Source: Dehalococcoidia bacterium (GTDB taxonomy: Bacteria > Chloroflexota > Dehalococcoidia > UBA6926). Taken from it: a DNA stretch of 64,000 nucleotides. Positions 37,916 to 48,504 of this stretch are shown piece after piece. The position numbers were made by a program, and so were the translations under genes. The stretch's first letter is position 1. The number at the start of each line of letters is the position of its first letter. The DNA lies in NCBI GenBank assembly GCA_965207115.1, contig CBDBLR010000003.1, positions 2,014 to 66,013 of the forward strand, written 5' to 3'. The notes beneath the pieces are model-generated. The model did not search any database and was not told the origin of the DNA. It saw nothing but the letters and a program-made list of their open reading frames with translations.

Positions 37916-38200
37916 TGATTGACTAACGGCGCCGGAACGCGGCCCCGCAACCTCACAGGGCGCCCAACGATAGTCGCGAACCGAGAAAAAACTTGACACT
38001 TTGCCCTATTCGGCGCATAGTGAGATTCGGTATCCGGTTCGGTGATTTTATCCCTGAACCATGCTGTACCAGACGTTCCCCATAGACCCGTTGCGACACT
38101 CCTTTAAGGGTGTGTGTATGCGTGGAATGACGGATGGAGAACGAAGCAGGCGTGAATCGCCCCCCGAGATGATCCGGCGGGGCAGGCCATATGGGGATGC

Positions 38201-39961
38201 ATGGCAAAGTACGTCTTCGTGACCGGCGGGGTCGTTAGTTCAATCGGCAAGGGCATCACCGCCGCCGCAATCGGCCGTCTCTTTACGAGCCGTGGCATAA
38301 GGGTCGCAGTTCAAAAACTCGATCCCTACCTCAACGTCGACCCCGGCACCATGTCCCCCTATCAGCACGGCGAGGTCTTCGTCACGCGCGACGGTGCTGA
38401 AACAGACCTCGACCTCGGCCACTATGAGAGATTCGTCGATACAGAAATGACACGCTCATCCAGCGTCACCGCAGGACAGGTCTACTCCTCCGTCCTCTCA
38501 CGAGAGCGGCGCGGCGACTTCCTGGGCGGCACCATCCAGGTCGTTCCACACGTGACAAACTCCATCAAGAACCGCATGAGGCAGATTGCGGACGAGACCA
38601 ACGCGGAGGTCATCATCATTGAAGTCGGCGGCACCGTCGGCGACATTGAGGGCCAACCCTTCCTTGAAGCCATCCGCCAGGTCCGCAACGAGGTTGGCCG
38701 TGCCGATGCCATCTTTGTTCACGTCACCTATCTTCCGTACCTACACGCCACCGGAGAACTCAAGACCAAGCCCACGCAGCACTCCGTTCGTGAGCTGGGC
38801 AGGAGCGCAGGCATCGCGCCTGACGTCATCATCGCCCGCAGTGAAGTTGAGGCCACGCAGGAGACCATCGAGAAGATAGCCCTGTTCTGTGACGTTGAGC
38901 CGCAGGCCGTCATCCCCCTCTCCACCGTGGACACCATCTACCGCGTTCCGCTCCTCCTTGAAGAGCGCGGCCTTGGCGACTACCTCCTTAATAGGATGCA
39001 GTTTGCGGAGTATGCCGAGAAAGAGCCGCAGCTCGATGACTGGCGCGATCTCGTCCGACGATTCGACGAACCCAAGCCGCCTCTCACCGTCGCCATCGTC
39101 GGCAAGTACGTCGAACTGCGTGACGCCTACCTTTCCGTTAAGGAAGCCCTCACGCACTCCGGCCTTGAGATCGGTGTCGACATTGACATCGACTGGGTCT
39201 CCGCCGAGGAGCTGGAAGAAGACGGCTGGGAGGCCCTGTTGCAACGCGCGCACGGCATCGTCGTCCCCGGCGGCTTTGGCGAGCGCGGCATCGAGGGCAT
39301 GATCCGCGCCGCCTCGTACGCCCGTGAGCAGCGCGTCCCCTATCTTGGCCTCTGCCTTGGTATGCAGATCATGGTCATTGAATTCGCGCGAAATGTTGCC
39401 GGCCTTGCAAACGCCAACTCCACTGAGTTCGATGTCTCCACTCGCCACCCCGTCATCCACATCATGGAAGACCAGGAGCGGGTCCGTGCCATGGGCGGCA
39501 CCATGCGTCTTGGCTCCTACCTCTGCCATCTCACCCCCGGCACTAACGCCGCCCGCGCCTATGGCAACCCGGAAACCATTGTTGAGCGCCACCGCCACCG
39601 ATTTGAATTCAACAATGCCTACCGTTCCTCCTTTAACGAATCCGGCTTAATCGTCAGCGGTGCCTATCGTGAACTCGATCTCGTTGAGATCTCTGAATTA
39701 CGTGATCACCCCTTCATGGTTGGAACGCAATTCCACCCGGAATTCAGGTCACGCCCCACGCGCGCCCACCCTCTATTTCGTGAATTCGTCTCCGTAGCTG
39801 CCGGCATCCTGCGGGAAGGGGAGCAGCCGCCGCTCATCGTTGCTCAGGATGGGCTTGCGCATCCCGCCCAGCGACTCGAACCATCCCCCTACGGCGCAGC
39901 GCCCGTCCGGCGTGACCAAACAGCCGAACAGTCCTCCCGCAGCGCAGGCGCAGGATACTGA
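38201..39961 (+). CDS. pyrG: CTP synthase
   Basis: MAKYVFVTGGVVSSIGKGI… N-terminus; GATase domain with LGLCLGMQ. Confidence 0.95.
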   Translation: MAKYVFVTGGVVSSIGKGITAAAIGRLFTSRGIRVAVQKLDPYLNVDPGTMSPYQHGEVFVTRDGAETDLDLGHYERFVDTEMTRSSSVTAGQVYSSVLSRERRGDFLGGTIQVVPHVTNSIKNRMRQIADETNAEVIIIEVGGTVGDIEGQPFLEAIRQVRNEVGRADAIFVHVTYLPYLHATGELKTKPTQHSVRELGRSAGIAPDVIIARSEVEATQETIEKIALFCDVEPQAVIPLSTVDTIYRVPLLLEERGLGDYLLNRMQFAEYAEKEPQLDDWRDLVRRFDEPKPPLTVAIVGKYVELRDAYLSVKEALTHSGLEIGVDIDIDWVSAEELEEDGWEALLQRAHGIVVPGGFGERGIEGMIRAASYAREQRVPYLGLCLGMQIMVIEFARNVAGLANANSTEFDVSTRHPVIHIMEDQERVRAMGGTMRLGSYLCHLTPGTNAARAYGNPETIVERHRHRFEFNNAYRSSFNESGLIVSGAYRELDLVEISELRDHPFMVGTQFHPEFRSRPTRAHPLFREFVSVAAGILREGEQPPLIVAQDGLAHPAQRLEPSPYGAAPVRRDQTAEQSSRSAGAGY

Positions 39962-40042
39962 CACACACGAACAGCCCCTTCCTTTTAAGCAAGTGAAGCA
40001 AATCACAATCCACAACCAAAACGGCGAGCAAACATAGCGAAT

Positions 40043-40165
40043 AAGGCGTCGATAACCAGCACTAACGAGCAGACACAGAGAAAAAGGCGTCGATAACCAA
40101 CGCTAACGAGCAAACAGAGAGAAAAAGGCGTCGACGACCAATACTGACGAGCAAACAAAGTAACA
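40043..40165 (+). repeat. 3 x 41-nt tandem direct repeats in the rho 5' leader
   Basis: AAGGCGTCGATAACCAGCACTAACGAGCAGACACAGAGAAA / …CCAACGCTAACGAGCAAACAGAGAGAAA / …GACGACCAATACTGACGAGCAAACAAAGTAACAAAA; period 41 nt; A/C-rich. Confidence 0.85.
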
Positions 40166-40209
40166 AAAGCCCGGGCATCGTCACATCGCCCGCAGCAAAG
40201 GAGACTTAC

Positions 40210-42090
40210 GTGGACACCACAGACACCCCCAACCCCGACGAGCCGCAGCGCCCCGTCACACGGCGCGGCATCGCCCGACCGCCGCGCACCCGCCGCGCCT
40301 CAGCCGCCGCAACGACGGAAGCACCCCCGGAGGAAAACTCCGCCGAGGAAGCCGTGACCGAAAACGGCGCGACCCCCGCCGCTCACCCTGAACCTGTCGA
40401 AGGGACCACCGAAAACGGCGCAACTCCGGTCGAAACTGCGGACAACGGCACGACCCCCGCCGAAGCGCCCACGGAAAACGGCGCAGCCGCTCCGGATGCC
40501 CCCTCCCCATCACCGAGGAGGAGTCGAAGTGCGAGTGAAGCCTCCTCCATCACGGACGGCCTTCCACCCGCCACCATGACTACCACCACCGCGGAACCCA
40601 TTGAAGACATCGAAGAAGAAGCGCCACCCCGACGCGCGCCACGCCCACGTCCCTCCAACGGTGCAGGGCAGCGGCGACGCGAGCGACCGGACCGCGGTGA
40701 CCGCCCTAACCGGGCGCCCCGCGATGGCGGCGGCCCACGCCCACCTGCCAACGCTGACGACGGTGATTCTGACTCCCAACAGCGTGAGCCGCGTGTTTCT
40801 GACCTGCCGGAGCCGCTTCAGCAGGTCACCATCCCGCAGCTTGAGGCCCTTGATCGTGACGAGGCCGGCCGCCTCGCTGAATTCCTCAACATGCCCCCCG
40901 GCGCCGCCGTCCGACGTGATGAGATGGTCCATCGCGCCATCCAGACCCTCGGCGAGCGCGGCGGAACAATCACCGCCAGCGGCATCCTTGAGATCACCAA
41001 CGACGGCTACGGCTTCATCCGACACCGCACCCTCCGCCACAACATCAACGATGTCTACGTCGCGCAGTCGCAGATCCGCCGATTCAGCCTTCGCACCGGT
41101 GATTGGGTAACAGGGCAGGTCCGCTCACCCAAGAGCGGGGAGAAATACTACGGCCTCCTCCGCGTTGACACCGTCACCGGCCAGGAGCCGGAGATCTCTC
41201 GCCGCCGCCCCGTCTTTGACCAACTCACAGCACTCTTCCCGGATCGACTCTATGACCTGGAGACGAATCAAAAGGCCATCGCCGCCCGCCTGCTCAACCT
41301 CGTCGCCCCCATCGGCTTCGGACAGCGAGCCTTGATCGTCTCCCCCCCCAAGGCCGGCAAGACCATCCTTCTCCACCAGATCGCAGACGCCATCACCTCC
41401 CAGTACCCCTCCACCCACATCATGGCCGCCCTCATCGGTGAGCGACCGGAAGAAGTCACGGACTGGGAGCGCACCGTTAAAGGTGCAGAAGTCATGGCCT
41501 CCACCTTTGACGAGCCCGTTGAAGAACACACCCGCGTTGCAGAGCTCGTCCTCGCCCGCGCCAAGAGACTCGTTGAAGCCGGGCAAGACGTCGTCATCCT
41601 CCTTGACTCCATCACTCGACTCGCCCGCGCCTACAACATCGCCGCCCCTTCCAGTGGGCGCACACTCTCCGGCGGCATGGATCCCGTCGCCCTCTACCCC
41701 CCCAAGCACTTCTTCGGCGCAGCGCGCAACACAGAAGAGTCCGGCACCCTCACCATCGTCGCCACCTGCCTTGTCGACACCGGCTCCCGGCTTGACGATG
41801 TCATCTACGAAGAATTCAAAGGCACCGGCAACATGGAGGTCCACCTCGATCGCAAACTCGCCGAGCGCCGCATCTACCCCGCCATTGACGTCCTCAAGTC
41901 CGGCACACGACGTGACGAGCGACTCTACGACGAAAAGTCCTACCGCGGCATCGTCACCCTCCGCCGCATGATGGCCATGCTCTCCAACTCCAACCTTGAC
42001 GCATCCGATGCCACAGAGCGCATCCTTGACCGCATCTCAAAGACCAAGACCAACGCCGACTTTATCGCCACACTCTCCCGTGAAATCTAA
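40210..42090 (+). CDS. rho: transcription termination factor Rho with ~200-aa disordered N-terminal extension (GTG start)
   Basis: RNA-binding (…GDWVTGQVR…) and ATPase motifs (…PKAGKTILL…, Q- and R-loops); SD AAAGGAG 6 nt before GTG. Confidence 0.9.
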   Translation: MDTTDTPNPDEPQRPVTRRGIARPPRTRRASAAATTEAPPEENSAEEAVTENGATPAAHPEPVEGTTENGATPVETADNGTTPAEAPTENGAAAPDAPSPSPRRSRSASEASSITDGLPPATMTTTTAEPIEDIEEEAPPRRAPRPRPSNGAGQRRRERPDRGDRPNRAPRDGGGPRPPANADDGDSDSQQREPRVSDLPEPLQQVTIPQLEALDRDEAGRLAEFLNMPPGAAVRRDEMVHRAIQTLGERGGTITASGILEITNDGYGFIRHRTLRHNINDVYVAQSQIRRFSLRTGDWVTGQVRSPKSGEKYYGLLRVDTVTGQEPEISRRRPVFDQLTALFPDRLYDLETNQKAIAARLLNLVAPIGFGQRALIVSPPKAGKTILLHQIADAITSQYPSTHIMAALIGERPEEVTDWERTVKGAEVMASTFDEPVEEHTRVAELVLARAKRLVEAGQDVVILLDSITRLARAYNIAAPSSGRTLSGGMDPVALYPPKHFFGAARNTEESGTLTIVATCLVDTGSRLDDVIYEEFKGTGNMEVHLDRKLAERRIYPAIDVLKSGTRRDERLYDEKSYRGIVTLRRMMAMLSNSNLDASDATERILDRISKTKTNADFIATLSREI

Positions 42091-42095
42091 ACACC

Positions 42096-42206
42096 CGTTC
42101 ACCCTGAGCCTGTCGAAGGGCCCGCGTCATTCCCTATTCCCCTCCGTCATTCCCGCGAAAGCGGGAATCCAGAATCCCCCCCGTTCACCCTGAGCCTGTC
42201 GAAGGG
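42096..42206. repeat. composite REP-like element (B-A-B) immediately after rho stop
   Basis: CGTTCACCCTGAGCCTGTCGAAGGG x2 flanking CCGTCATTCCCGCGAAAGCGGGAATCCAG (8-bp stem, GAAA loop). Confidence 0.8.
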
Positions 42207-42331
42207 TGAACACCCCATTTCGTCCCTCCACAAAAGAAACCCCTACATATGCCCATCACCAACTCACCATAAATCGAAACAAGTCTCAAACCGGATTCGA
42301 TAATTTCAACCTGAACATGCCTAATCGACTA

Positions 42332-42361
42332 TTGACAACACTTGTGAAGCCCCCCCATAAT
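42332..42361 (+). promoter_or_regulatory. sigma70-like promoter (TTGACA-18-CATAAT) with ~370-nt leader for large surface-protein gene
   Basis: Perfect -35 TTGACA 42332-42337, 18-nt spacer, CATAAT 42356-42361. Confidence 0.45.
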
Positions 42362-42733
42362 CACGTTCAAGTGACTACGCCTAGCGTTAGGCGTGGGGCT
42401 TTCCGTGTACTGCATGCACACGCGCGGGAAACCCCTGCATAGCGTGGCGCAGTCGGGATAAAGAGACAGGGAACAGGAGAGCGCGGGGCTCTCTAAGACT
42501 ATGGAGACTGACCGGACAAAGCAGGAAGCGCGGGAAAGTCAGCGCCTCCGGCCGCAACAAGCGGCTAACGGGAGGCTCTCCTGACACCCACGGATGGGGA
42601 GGAGCACATGCACTCACAAGAACCCTGGCAATCGCGAAGCCCAACGGGCAGCGTGAATAAACCGTTGATTTCCTCTACACTTATGAAGACGGGCCGCAGA
42701 GGCCCAAATCACAGTTACGGAAGGGGGCTTCCT

Positions 42734-45700
42734 GTGAAGCGCAAAGCACTCATTATCCTGTCGATCGCGATCCTCGCGTTCGCCATGATCCCGGCCCTTG
42801 GGGCGGGCGCAGCCGCAGGCGACGTTAAGATCGTTACGCCTGATCAGTTGGCCGATCCCGATGAAACGACCGGCGCGGCCTTCACAAGGCTGACTGGCGC
42901 CGCTTACGTCTCGGATCAGACGGGCTCGACCGAGAACCTGGAGGATGCCGGCGGCACCCTCTACGTTGTCATTGATGACAATGACTCCCAGGCCAATAGT
43001 CTGACCGGGTATAACGCATTCTTCCTCAACATTCCGGGTGCGGCCGACGGCGGTAGTCTTTTCAGGATTAATCCCGCTGATGCCGGTACGGATGGTGCGT
43101 CGCCATATGCTGCAGACGTTACCAATCCTCTTAATTCCGACGGTGAGGGTACTCTGGTTGGTGACTTCCTTTCGCTTGGTGACGACTCAGCCCGTGATCT
43201 GGATACAGAGGCTGAGGCTGATCGGGACGATATTACAGCTGAACTCCAGGTTCTTGATTCCCTGGTCGTCGGTGACGAGGATCGGTCGGGTACGGTCGAC
43301 GGCGCGGACATTGCACTTGAGCTCGGTTGGTACCGTGCTCCTGTGCGAGGTAATCCTGATGCTGTTCCCCCCACCGCGGATGTTCCGGCGCATTTCGTGG
43401 GCACAAGGTTGCTGCGGAACGTAAACGCATTTGCTGGAATCAGCAGGGCCGGTGACGGCCTCTACCTCGACAGGTCGTTCATTCCTGCGCTTGACGACAC
43501 GACTTCAATACCCACTGACGATCAACCTCAACTTCCTGATGGTGGTGGCGCGGATACTGCCTACTCGCCAGCATTGCGGATTGGCTTCAGTTCGGCCGGT
43601 GAGAACACCCTGGCATACCCGGACGATTTCAGGGTAGAGGCCCTTCAGGGCCTGAGCCGCGTCCAGGTTTCAAGCACCTCTGACGATGAGGGCATCCGGA
43701 TTGCGGCGAGTGAGAAGAGCCTCGCCACATACCGTGAGGAGATTGGCGGCGTTAGTGCGGCTGCCTTTGGCGGCAACGACATATCCAGCTTCGAGCCGGC
43801 AAATGCCGACTCGAGAGACTCCGGTACCTTCGTTGGACGCTTCGGTGTCATCCGCAACGCATTCAAGACCGCAATCGCGACGTGGAGCCCGAGCCCCACA
43901 GACACTGTTTACGCGGACGATGATGCCGATACGGACAATAACGCGGCAGAGTTCGAAGTCGGTGGTGTCGGTGGCCCGACTGCTGCGACTGCAGACGGTA
44001 CGACCAATCTCGCTACCACCACGCTCACAATCTCAGGCTTCGATGCGGACAACGTACTGAAGGCGGATTCAGTCGGTGTAGTCGTGGTGACTGACCGAAC
44101 AACACAGGGTACACCGGACGATCCACAGGAAATTCAGGTGGAGAGTTTCACGGTGGGAGATGCGAACGCTAGCGGCGAAATTGAAATAACTGTGATTACA
44201 GAAGCTACTGGCGCAACCGCCACAAACGGTTCTACTCAGGCCCCTGATACTTTCAGTGTTTCCTACACAGTCACGGCGCTAAACAACAACATCAGCGACA
44301 TGCTGATTGATCTCCGCGCCACAGAGGCGGGCGTGGTGTACGACGAAGATGATGGTCAATACGCCTTCAGGCTGCTGTGCGACACAAGCAAGCCGCTTGA
44401 TGACCAGTGTGAAGACAGGGATGCTCTGGAAGTTGCGATTTCCGGTGACACGAATACCAACGGTCACATGGCAAACCTGAGCCTTACGGGTGATGACGAC
44501 GCGACGGCACTTTCTGACCTTCTCGTCGGCGTCCAGCACGGTGACCGGCTCACGGTCTCCTACGATGACGAGAGCGCGGGCTCTCGCAGTACTAGTACTG
44601 AGGTCGACCTGGTCGCGCCGTCAGTCGGCAGCATAACGCCGGGCAACAACTCCTACATTGACGACGATTCGTTCAGCGTGCTGTTCGACGTCACCGATAA
44701 CGACTCCGGCATCCTTGAGGACTCGCACGACACGCGCAGCGCTGAGATTAAGTCGGGCCTGGCGTACGTGAGCTCCAGGGTCTTCGCCGAGGTTGGCCAG
44801 GATCCCACAACATCCAGCCCACAGGTCGATGACGACAATGACAGGGACAAGATCCTTGATCAGGACGACACGCTTTCCAACGGCGAGCGCTACGAGCTCG
44901 AAATTGATGTCGGAGACGAAGCTCAGACGACCGCCGCGAAGGGCTCAGCCAATCAGGCTCCCAAGACGGTTAGGGTCCTGGTTGAGATAACGGCCTACGA
45001 TGCTGCGCGTAACAAGTACGTCAGGTCGCTGCGCTACATCGTTGATGACATTGATCCGGTGCTGACCAAGGCCTTTACCGGCTACACCATCAAGGCTGAT
45101 GCGACCGCTGATACCGGTGAGGGAGGCTTCGTCCTCTCCGCCAACAACCAGAACGGCATCGTGCTGGTGTTTGATGATGCGGTCGCGGGCGACGTGATTC
45201 GCACGCAGGACGTCAACATCCTCGGCTCCAGTGCGCTAGCGGTGACCTGGCTGAATAACTCCGGCAACAACGCCATCAATACGACAGGTTTGGACGCGTC
45301 GCTGTTGAATGACCTGGGCCTTTCCTCAGGTACGAAGGTTGACTCGCGCCACCTCCTGTTCGTGGAGCTTTCCGACGACATCGGGACGGGTGACCGCCCG
45401 ACCGTCGAGATCGATGGCGATGACCTGACAGACCTTGCAGGCAACACGAACCGATCCGACCATCAGGCCACTCCGACGGATCGCATTGAGCCGACCTTTA
45501 CGGTGACCGTTGAGAATGCCCTCAGCAACGATTCCTTGAACATCATCATTGAGTCGTCTGAGGACCTCGAAAGGACACCGTCGGCATTCATTGAGCGGCC
45601 TCAGAGCACTGACCCGCCTGAGTCGCGACTGAATCGCCCGCTCACACCGCGTTCCGGTGCGGCCAACACGTGGACTGTTGCGGCTGATCGTTCCGGACTG

Positions 45701-46813
45701 AACCTCAACTCGCGCGCCGGTACTGAGAAGGGAATCTACACGATTACCGTCTCCGGTGTTGACGAGGCGGGTAACCAGGGCACAAACGCGATGTCGAAGT
45801 GGGAGTTGGACACCAAGGCCAACGCCCCGACCCGTGAGGGCGGCAACGAAAATGCGAACGTGGTTCAGAGTCTTGAGACCAATGAGGTCATCTTCCTGAC
45901 GATGAACTTCGACGCTGAGGCGGGTGAGTACGCCGGTGACTCCACGAATAAGAGTGTGAGTATTGACGGCCTCTCCCTGGAGAGCCTGGCAAGCGATGCC
46001 TTCACAGGCACCCCGCCAAGCATCAAGGCCGACGCAACTGTTGAGTCGACCACAGACCTGGATGCCGGCTCGGCCCAGACCTCGAACGGTGTGCGGCACG
46101 TCGTCGCCCTGTCCGAGCTCGGGCTCGGCAACTACCGCCTGAACGTGGACTTCTCGGACCAGGCTGGCAACGCCGGCAAGTTCGGGTACGTGTTCAGGGT
46201 CGTTGCCCCGGCCCCTGCTGAGGTCAACGTGGTCCCAGGGTGGTCCCTCGTGTCCATCCCAGGCACACCGCAGGATGTCAGCATCGGTGGCGTGCTTGAA
46301 GGATCGGCTGTAACGGATGTCTGGAGCCTCAACAATGAGACCAAGGTTTGGGAGTTCGCTCGCATCGATGAGAACGGCGAGTGGATGGGGACGCTGTCCC
46401 AGATCGTGGATGGCCGCGGCTACTTCGTCCGCAGCACCACATTCGACCCGATCTCGGTCCTCATAGAGCGCTTCAGCCCGCAGCGCACCCCGCCGCAGTA
46501 CCTCGTAACCTCCGGGTGGAATAGCATTGGCTACACCCCCGCAGGCGGTGAGAAGGCGATTAGCGCTGATGCCTACCTGAGCGCCCTCGGCGCAAGCGGA
46601 TGGGGCATGATCCGGACCTGGAACGCGAACGCCACGCAGTACGAGACGTACTTCTCCAGCGGCGTGATGACCGCAGGCTTCCCGGTCGGTGACGGCCAGG
46701 ATGCCGGTGCCACAGGCGCTGATGCAGACGACGTGGGTCTCGACATTGCGAAGGTCGAAGTGGGCAAGGGCTACCTGCTCTTCGCCACCCGCAACGGACA
46801 GATCGGCGGCTAA
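42734..46813 (+). CDS. large secreted cell-surface protein (possible S-layer/adhesin-like), ~1359 aa; GTG start 42734
   Basis: SD GGAAGGGGG 6 nt before GTG; signal peptide KRKALIILSIAILAFAMIPALGAGAAAG; Asp/Thr/Gly-rich beta-type sequence throughout. Function not assignable. Confidence 0.65.
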   Translation: MKRKALIILSIAILAFAMIPALGAGAAAGDVKIVTPDQLADPDETTGAAFTRLTGAAYVSDQTGSTENLEDAGGTLYVVIDDNDSQANSLTGYNAFFLNIPGAADGGSLFRINPADAGTDGASPYAADVTNPLNSDGEGTLVGDFLSLGDDSARDLDTEAEADRDDITAELQVLDSLVVGDEDRSGTVDGADIALELGWYRAPVRGNPDAVPPTADVPAHFVGTRLLRNVNAFAGISRAGDGLYLDRSFIPALDDTTSIPTDDQPQLPDGGGADTAYSPALRIGFSSAGENTLAYPDDFRVEALQGLSRVQVSSTSDDEGIRIAASEKSLATYREEIGGVSAAAFGGNDISSFEPANADSRDSGTFVGRFGVIRNAFKTAIATWSPSPTDTVYADDDADTDNNAAEFEVGGVGGPTAATADGTTNLATTTLTISGFDADNVLKADSVGVVVVTDRTTQGTPDDPQEIQVESFTVGDANASGEIEITVITEATGATATNGSTQAPDTFSVSYTVTALNNNISDMLIDLRATEAGVVYDEDDGQYAFRLLCDTSKPLDDQCEDRDALEVAISGDTNTNGHMANLSLTGDDDATALSDLLVGVQHGDRLTVSYDDESAGSRSTSTEVDLVAPSVGSITPGNNSYIDDDSFSVLFDVTDNDSGILEDSHDTRSAEIKSGLAYVSSRVFAEVGQDPTTSSPQVDDDNDRDKILDQDDTLSNGERYELEIDVGDEAQTTAAKGSANQAPKTVRVLVEITAYDAARNKYVRSLRYIVDDIDPVLTKAFTGYTIKADATADTGEGGFVLSANNQNGIVLVFDDAVAGDVIRTQDVNILGSSALAVTWLNNSGNNAINTTGLDASLLNDLGLSSGTKVDSRHLLFVELSDDIGTGDRPTVEIDGDDLTDLAGNTNRSDHQATPTDRIEPTFTVTVENALSNDSLNIIIESSEDLERTPSAFIERPQSTDPPESRLNRPLTPRSGAANTWTVAADRSGLNLNSRAGTEKGIYTITVSGVDEAGNQGTNAMSKWELDTKANAPTREGGNENANVVQSLETNEVIFLTMNFDAEAGEYAGDSTNKSVSIDGLSLESLASDAFTGTPPSIKADATVESTTDLDAGSAQTSNGVRHVVALSELGLGNYRLNVDFSDQAGNAGKFGYVFRVVAPAPAEVNVVPGWSLVSIPGTPQDVSIGGVLEGSAVTDVWSLNNETKVWEFARIDENGEWMGTLSQIVDGRGYFVRSTTFDPISVLIERFSPQRTPPQYLVTSGWNSIGYTPAGGEKAISADAYLSALGASGWGMIRTWNANATQYETYFSSGVMTAGFPVGDGQDAGATGADADDVGLDIAKVEVGKGYLLFATRNGQIGG

Positions 46814-46871
46814 AACCCCGATACCATGGAGGGGCCTGCCAACCGGCAGCCCCTCCCTAGCGGAAACAAAA

Positions 46872-46907
46872 GAGGCCCCGGGCAAACCGCCCGGGGCCTC
46901 TCCCGTT
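46872..46907 (+). terminator. terminator-like hairpin after surface-protein gene
   Basis: GAGGCCCCGGG-CAAACCG-CCCGGGGCCTC perfect 11-bp stem; weak T-tract (CTCCCGTT). Confidence 0.45.
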
Positions 46908-46920
46908 AAGGGCGAGTGGG

Positions 46921-46975
46921 CATCGTCATTCCCGCCCCCCTTCCGTCATTCCCGTGAAAACGGGAATCCAGTACG
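46921..46975. repeat. REP-like element type A (left flank of GIY-YIG gene)
   Basis: CGTCATTCCCGCCCCCCTTCCGTCATTCCCGTGAAAACGGGAATCCAG. Confidence 0.8.
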
Positions 46976-47017
46976 GCGCGGCAGCGCCGTCCCCGTTCCG
47001 TCTACAATCAAAGAGCA

Positions 47018-47332
47018 ATGACCAACCCCCGTCCCCGCAAAAGGCCCCTGGATCCGTGCGTCTACATCATGGCGAGTGACCGAAATGGGACCATCTACAC
47101 CGGCGTCACATCCAACCTTGTGCAGCGCGTCTGGCAGCACAAGACAAACCGGAATCAGGCCTTCACAAAGAAATATGAAATCCACCACCTCGTCTGGTAC
47201 GAGCAGCATGCAACCATGCTCTCCGCTATCGCGCGCGAGAAGGCGATCAAGAAATGGAACCGCCGCTGGAAACTGGAACTCATTGAGAGCCTCAACCCGG
47301 ACTGGCAAGACCTATACAAAGACATCGCCTAA
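47018..47332 (+). CDS. GIY-YIG nuclease-family small protein (104 aa)
   Basis: …CVYIMASDRNGTIYTGVTSNLVQRVWQHK… GIY-YIG core. Confidence 0.8.
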   Translation: MTNPRPRKRPLDPCVYIMASDRNGTIYTGVTSNLVQRVWQHKTNRNQAFTKKYEIHHLVWYEQHATMLSAIAREKAIKKWNRRWKLELIESLNPDWQDLYKDIA

Positions 47333-47350
47333 CCTCCCCCACAACCCCCC

Positions 47351-47400
47351 CCCGTCATTCCCGCCCCCCTCCGTCATTCCCGTGAAAACGGGAATCCAGT
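47351..47400. repeat. REP-like element type A (right flank of GIY-YIG gene), near-identical to 46921-46975
   Basis: CCGTCATTCCCGCCCCCCTCCGTCATTCCCGTGAAAACGGGAATCCAG, followed by a GCCGCCC-GCA-GGGCGGC hairpin. Confidence 0.8.
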
Positions 47401-47444
47401 GCCGCCCGCAGGGCGGCCTCTCCCCCCTCTGCTACCCTTAACCC

Positions 47445-48434
47445 ATGGAAGACCTCGTCACCCGCCTACTCGACGGCAACCTCAATGCCGCCCCACGCAT
47501 CCTCACGCTCCTCGAGAAGGGCGACCCCCAGGCCGATGACATCATGCAGCGCATTGCCGCCCACCTAAATTCCCCTCATTCCGGCGAAAGCCGGAATCCA
47601 TCGGGCCGTCCCCCCGCCCACCGCATCGGCATCACAGGCCCCCCCGGCGCGGGCAAAAGCACCCTCGTCGAGGCCATGACTGCCGAGCTCCGCAAGCAGG
47701 ACCTCACCGTCGGCGTCCTCGTCGTCGATCCCTCAAGCCCCTTCACCGGCGGCGCGATCCTCGGCGACCGCGTCCGCATGAGAGACCACTTCCTGGACCC
47801 CGGCGTCTTCATCCGCAGCATGGCCACACGCGGCGCGTCCGGCGGCCTCTCCGCCATCGCCCCCTCCGCAATGCGCGTCCTGGACGCCGCGGGCCTGGAC
47901 GTCATCATCGTGGAGACCGCGGGCGTCGGCCAGACGGAACTGGACATCATGCACACCGTCGATAGCGTCGTGGTCGTCGTGGTGCCGGAGGCGGGCGACG
48001 CAATTCAGACCATGAAGGCCGGACTGCTGGAGATCGCCGATGTCTTCGTCGTCAACAAAGCCGACCGCCCCGGCGCCAAGCGCATGGCCAACGACCTCGA
48101 GACCACCGTTCACCTGGGCAGCCGTGACATGGACTGGTGGACGATTCCCGTCCTCCAGACCGAGGGGATCCGCAACAAGGGCGTCACGGAGCTCGTGGAG
48201 GCCGTAGGACGGCATCACGAGACGCTGCGCGACGCAGGACGCCTCGAAGCCCGCCGAGCCGAGCAGAGACGCTCAGAATTTCACGCAGCCCTCAGAGAGC
48301 GCCTCCTGGACCGCCTGACCCGCGCCGAACACTCGGACGCCCTCGCGGAGATCCTCCACCAGGTAGAAACGGGCCAACTCCCCCCAATAACCGCCGCCAC
48401 CCACGTCCTGGCCAACCCGGACCTACTCCGCTAA
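47445..48434 (+). CDS. meaB: MeaB/ArgK-family G3E GTPase (methylmalonyl-CoA mutase-associated), carrying an in-frame REP-like insertion
   Basis: GITGPPGAGKST (P-loop), VLVVDPSSPFTGGAILGDRVRM, VVNKADR. A repeat at 47573-47604 encodes the extra loop …HSGESRNPSG… just before the P-loop. Confidence 0.85.
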   Translation: MEDLVTRLLDGNLNAAPRILTLLEKGDPQADDIMQRIAAHLNSPHSGESRNPSGRPPAHRIGITGPPGAGKSTLVEAMTAELRKQDLTVGVLVVDPSSPFTGGAILGDRVRMRDHFLDPGVFIRSMATRGASGGLSAIAPSAMRVLDAAGLDVIIVETAGVGQTELDIMHTVDSVVVVVVPEAGDAIQTMKAGLLEIADVFVVNKADRPGAKRMANDLETTVHLGSRDMDWWTIPVLQTEGIRNKGVTELVEAVGRHHETLRDAGRLEARRAEQRRSEFHAALRERLLDRLTRAEHSDALAEILHQVETGQLPPITAATHVLANPDLLR

Positions 48435-48447
48435 AGGGCGGGCGGGC

Positions 48448-48497
48448 ACCGTCATTCCGGCGCAGGCCGGAATCCATCGCCTGGCCCGCAGGCCAGA
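48448..48497. repeat. REP-like element type A after meaB stop
   Basis: CCGTCATTCCGGCGCAGGCCGGAATCCATCGCCTGGCCCGCAGGCCAG. Confidence 0.75.
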
Positions 48498-48504
48498 ACT
48501 CGGG

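Noticed and set aside
38741-39598. 285-aa minus-strand ORF
   Set aside because: Antisense to pyrG.
40510-41844. Minus-strand ORFs 40510-41040 and 41125-41844
   Set aside because: Antisense to rho.
41996-42193. 65-aa ORF translating …FTLSLSKGP…VIPAKAGIQNPP…
   Set aside because: Pure translation of REP-like modules B and A; the same peptide motifs recur wherever the repeats occur, so it is not a gene.
45326-46885. 519-aa minus-strand ORF
   Set aside because: Lies entirely antisense to the 3' half of the large surface-protein gene (42734-46813); composition typical of high-GC shadow ORFs.
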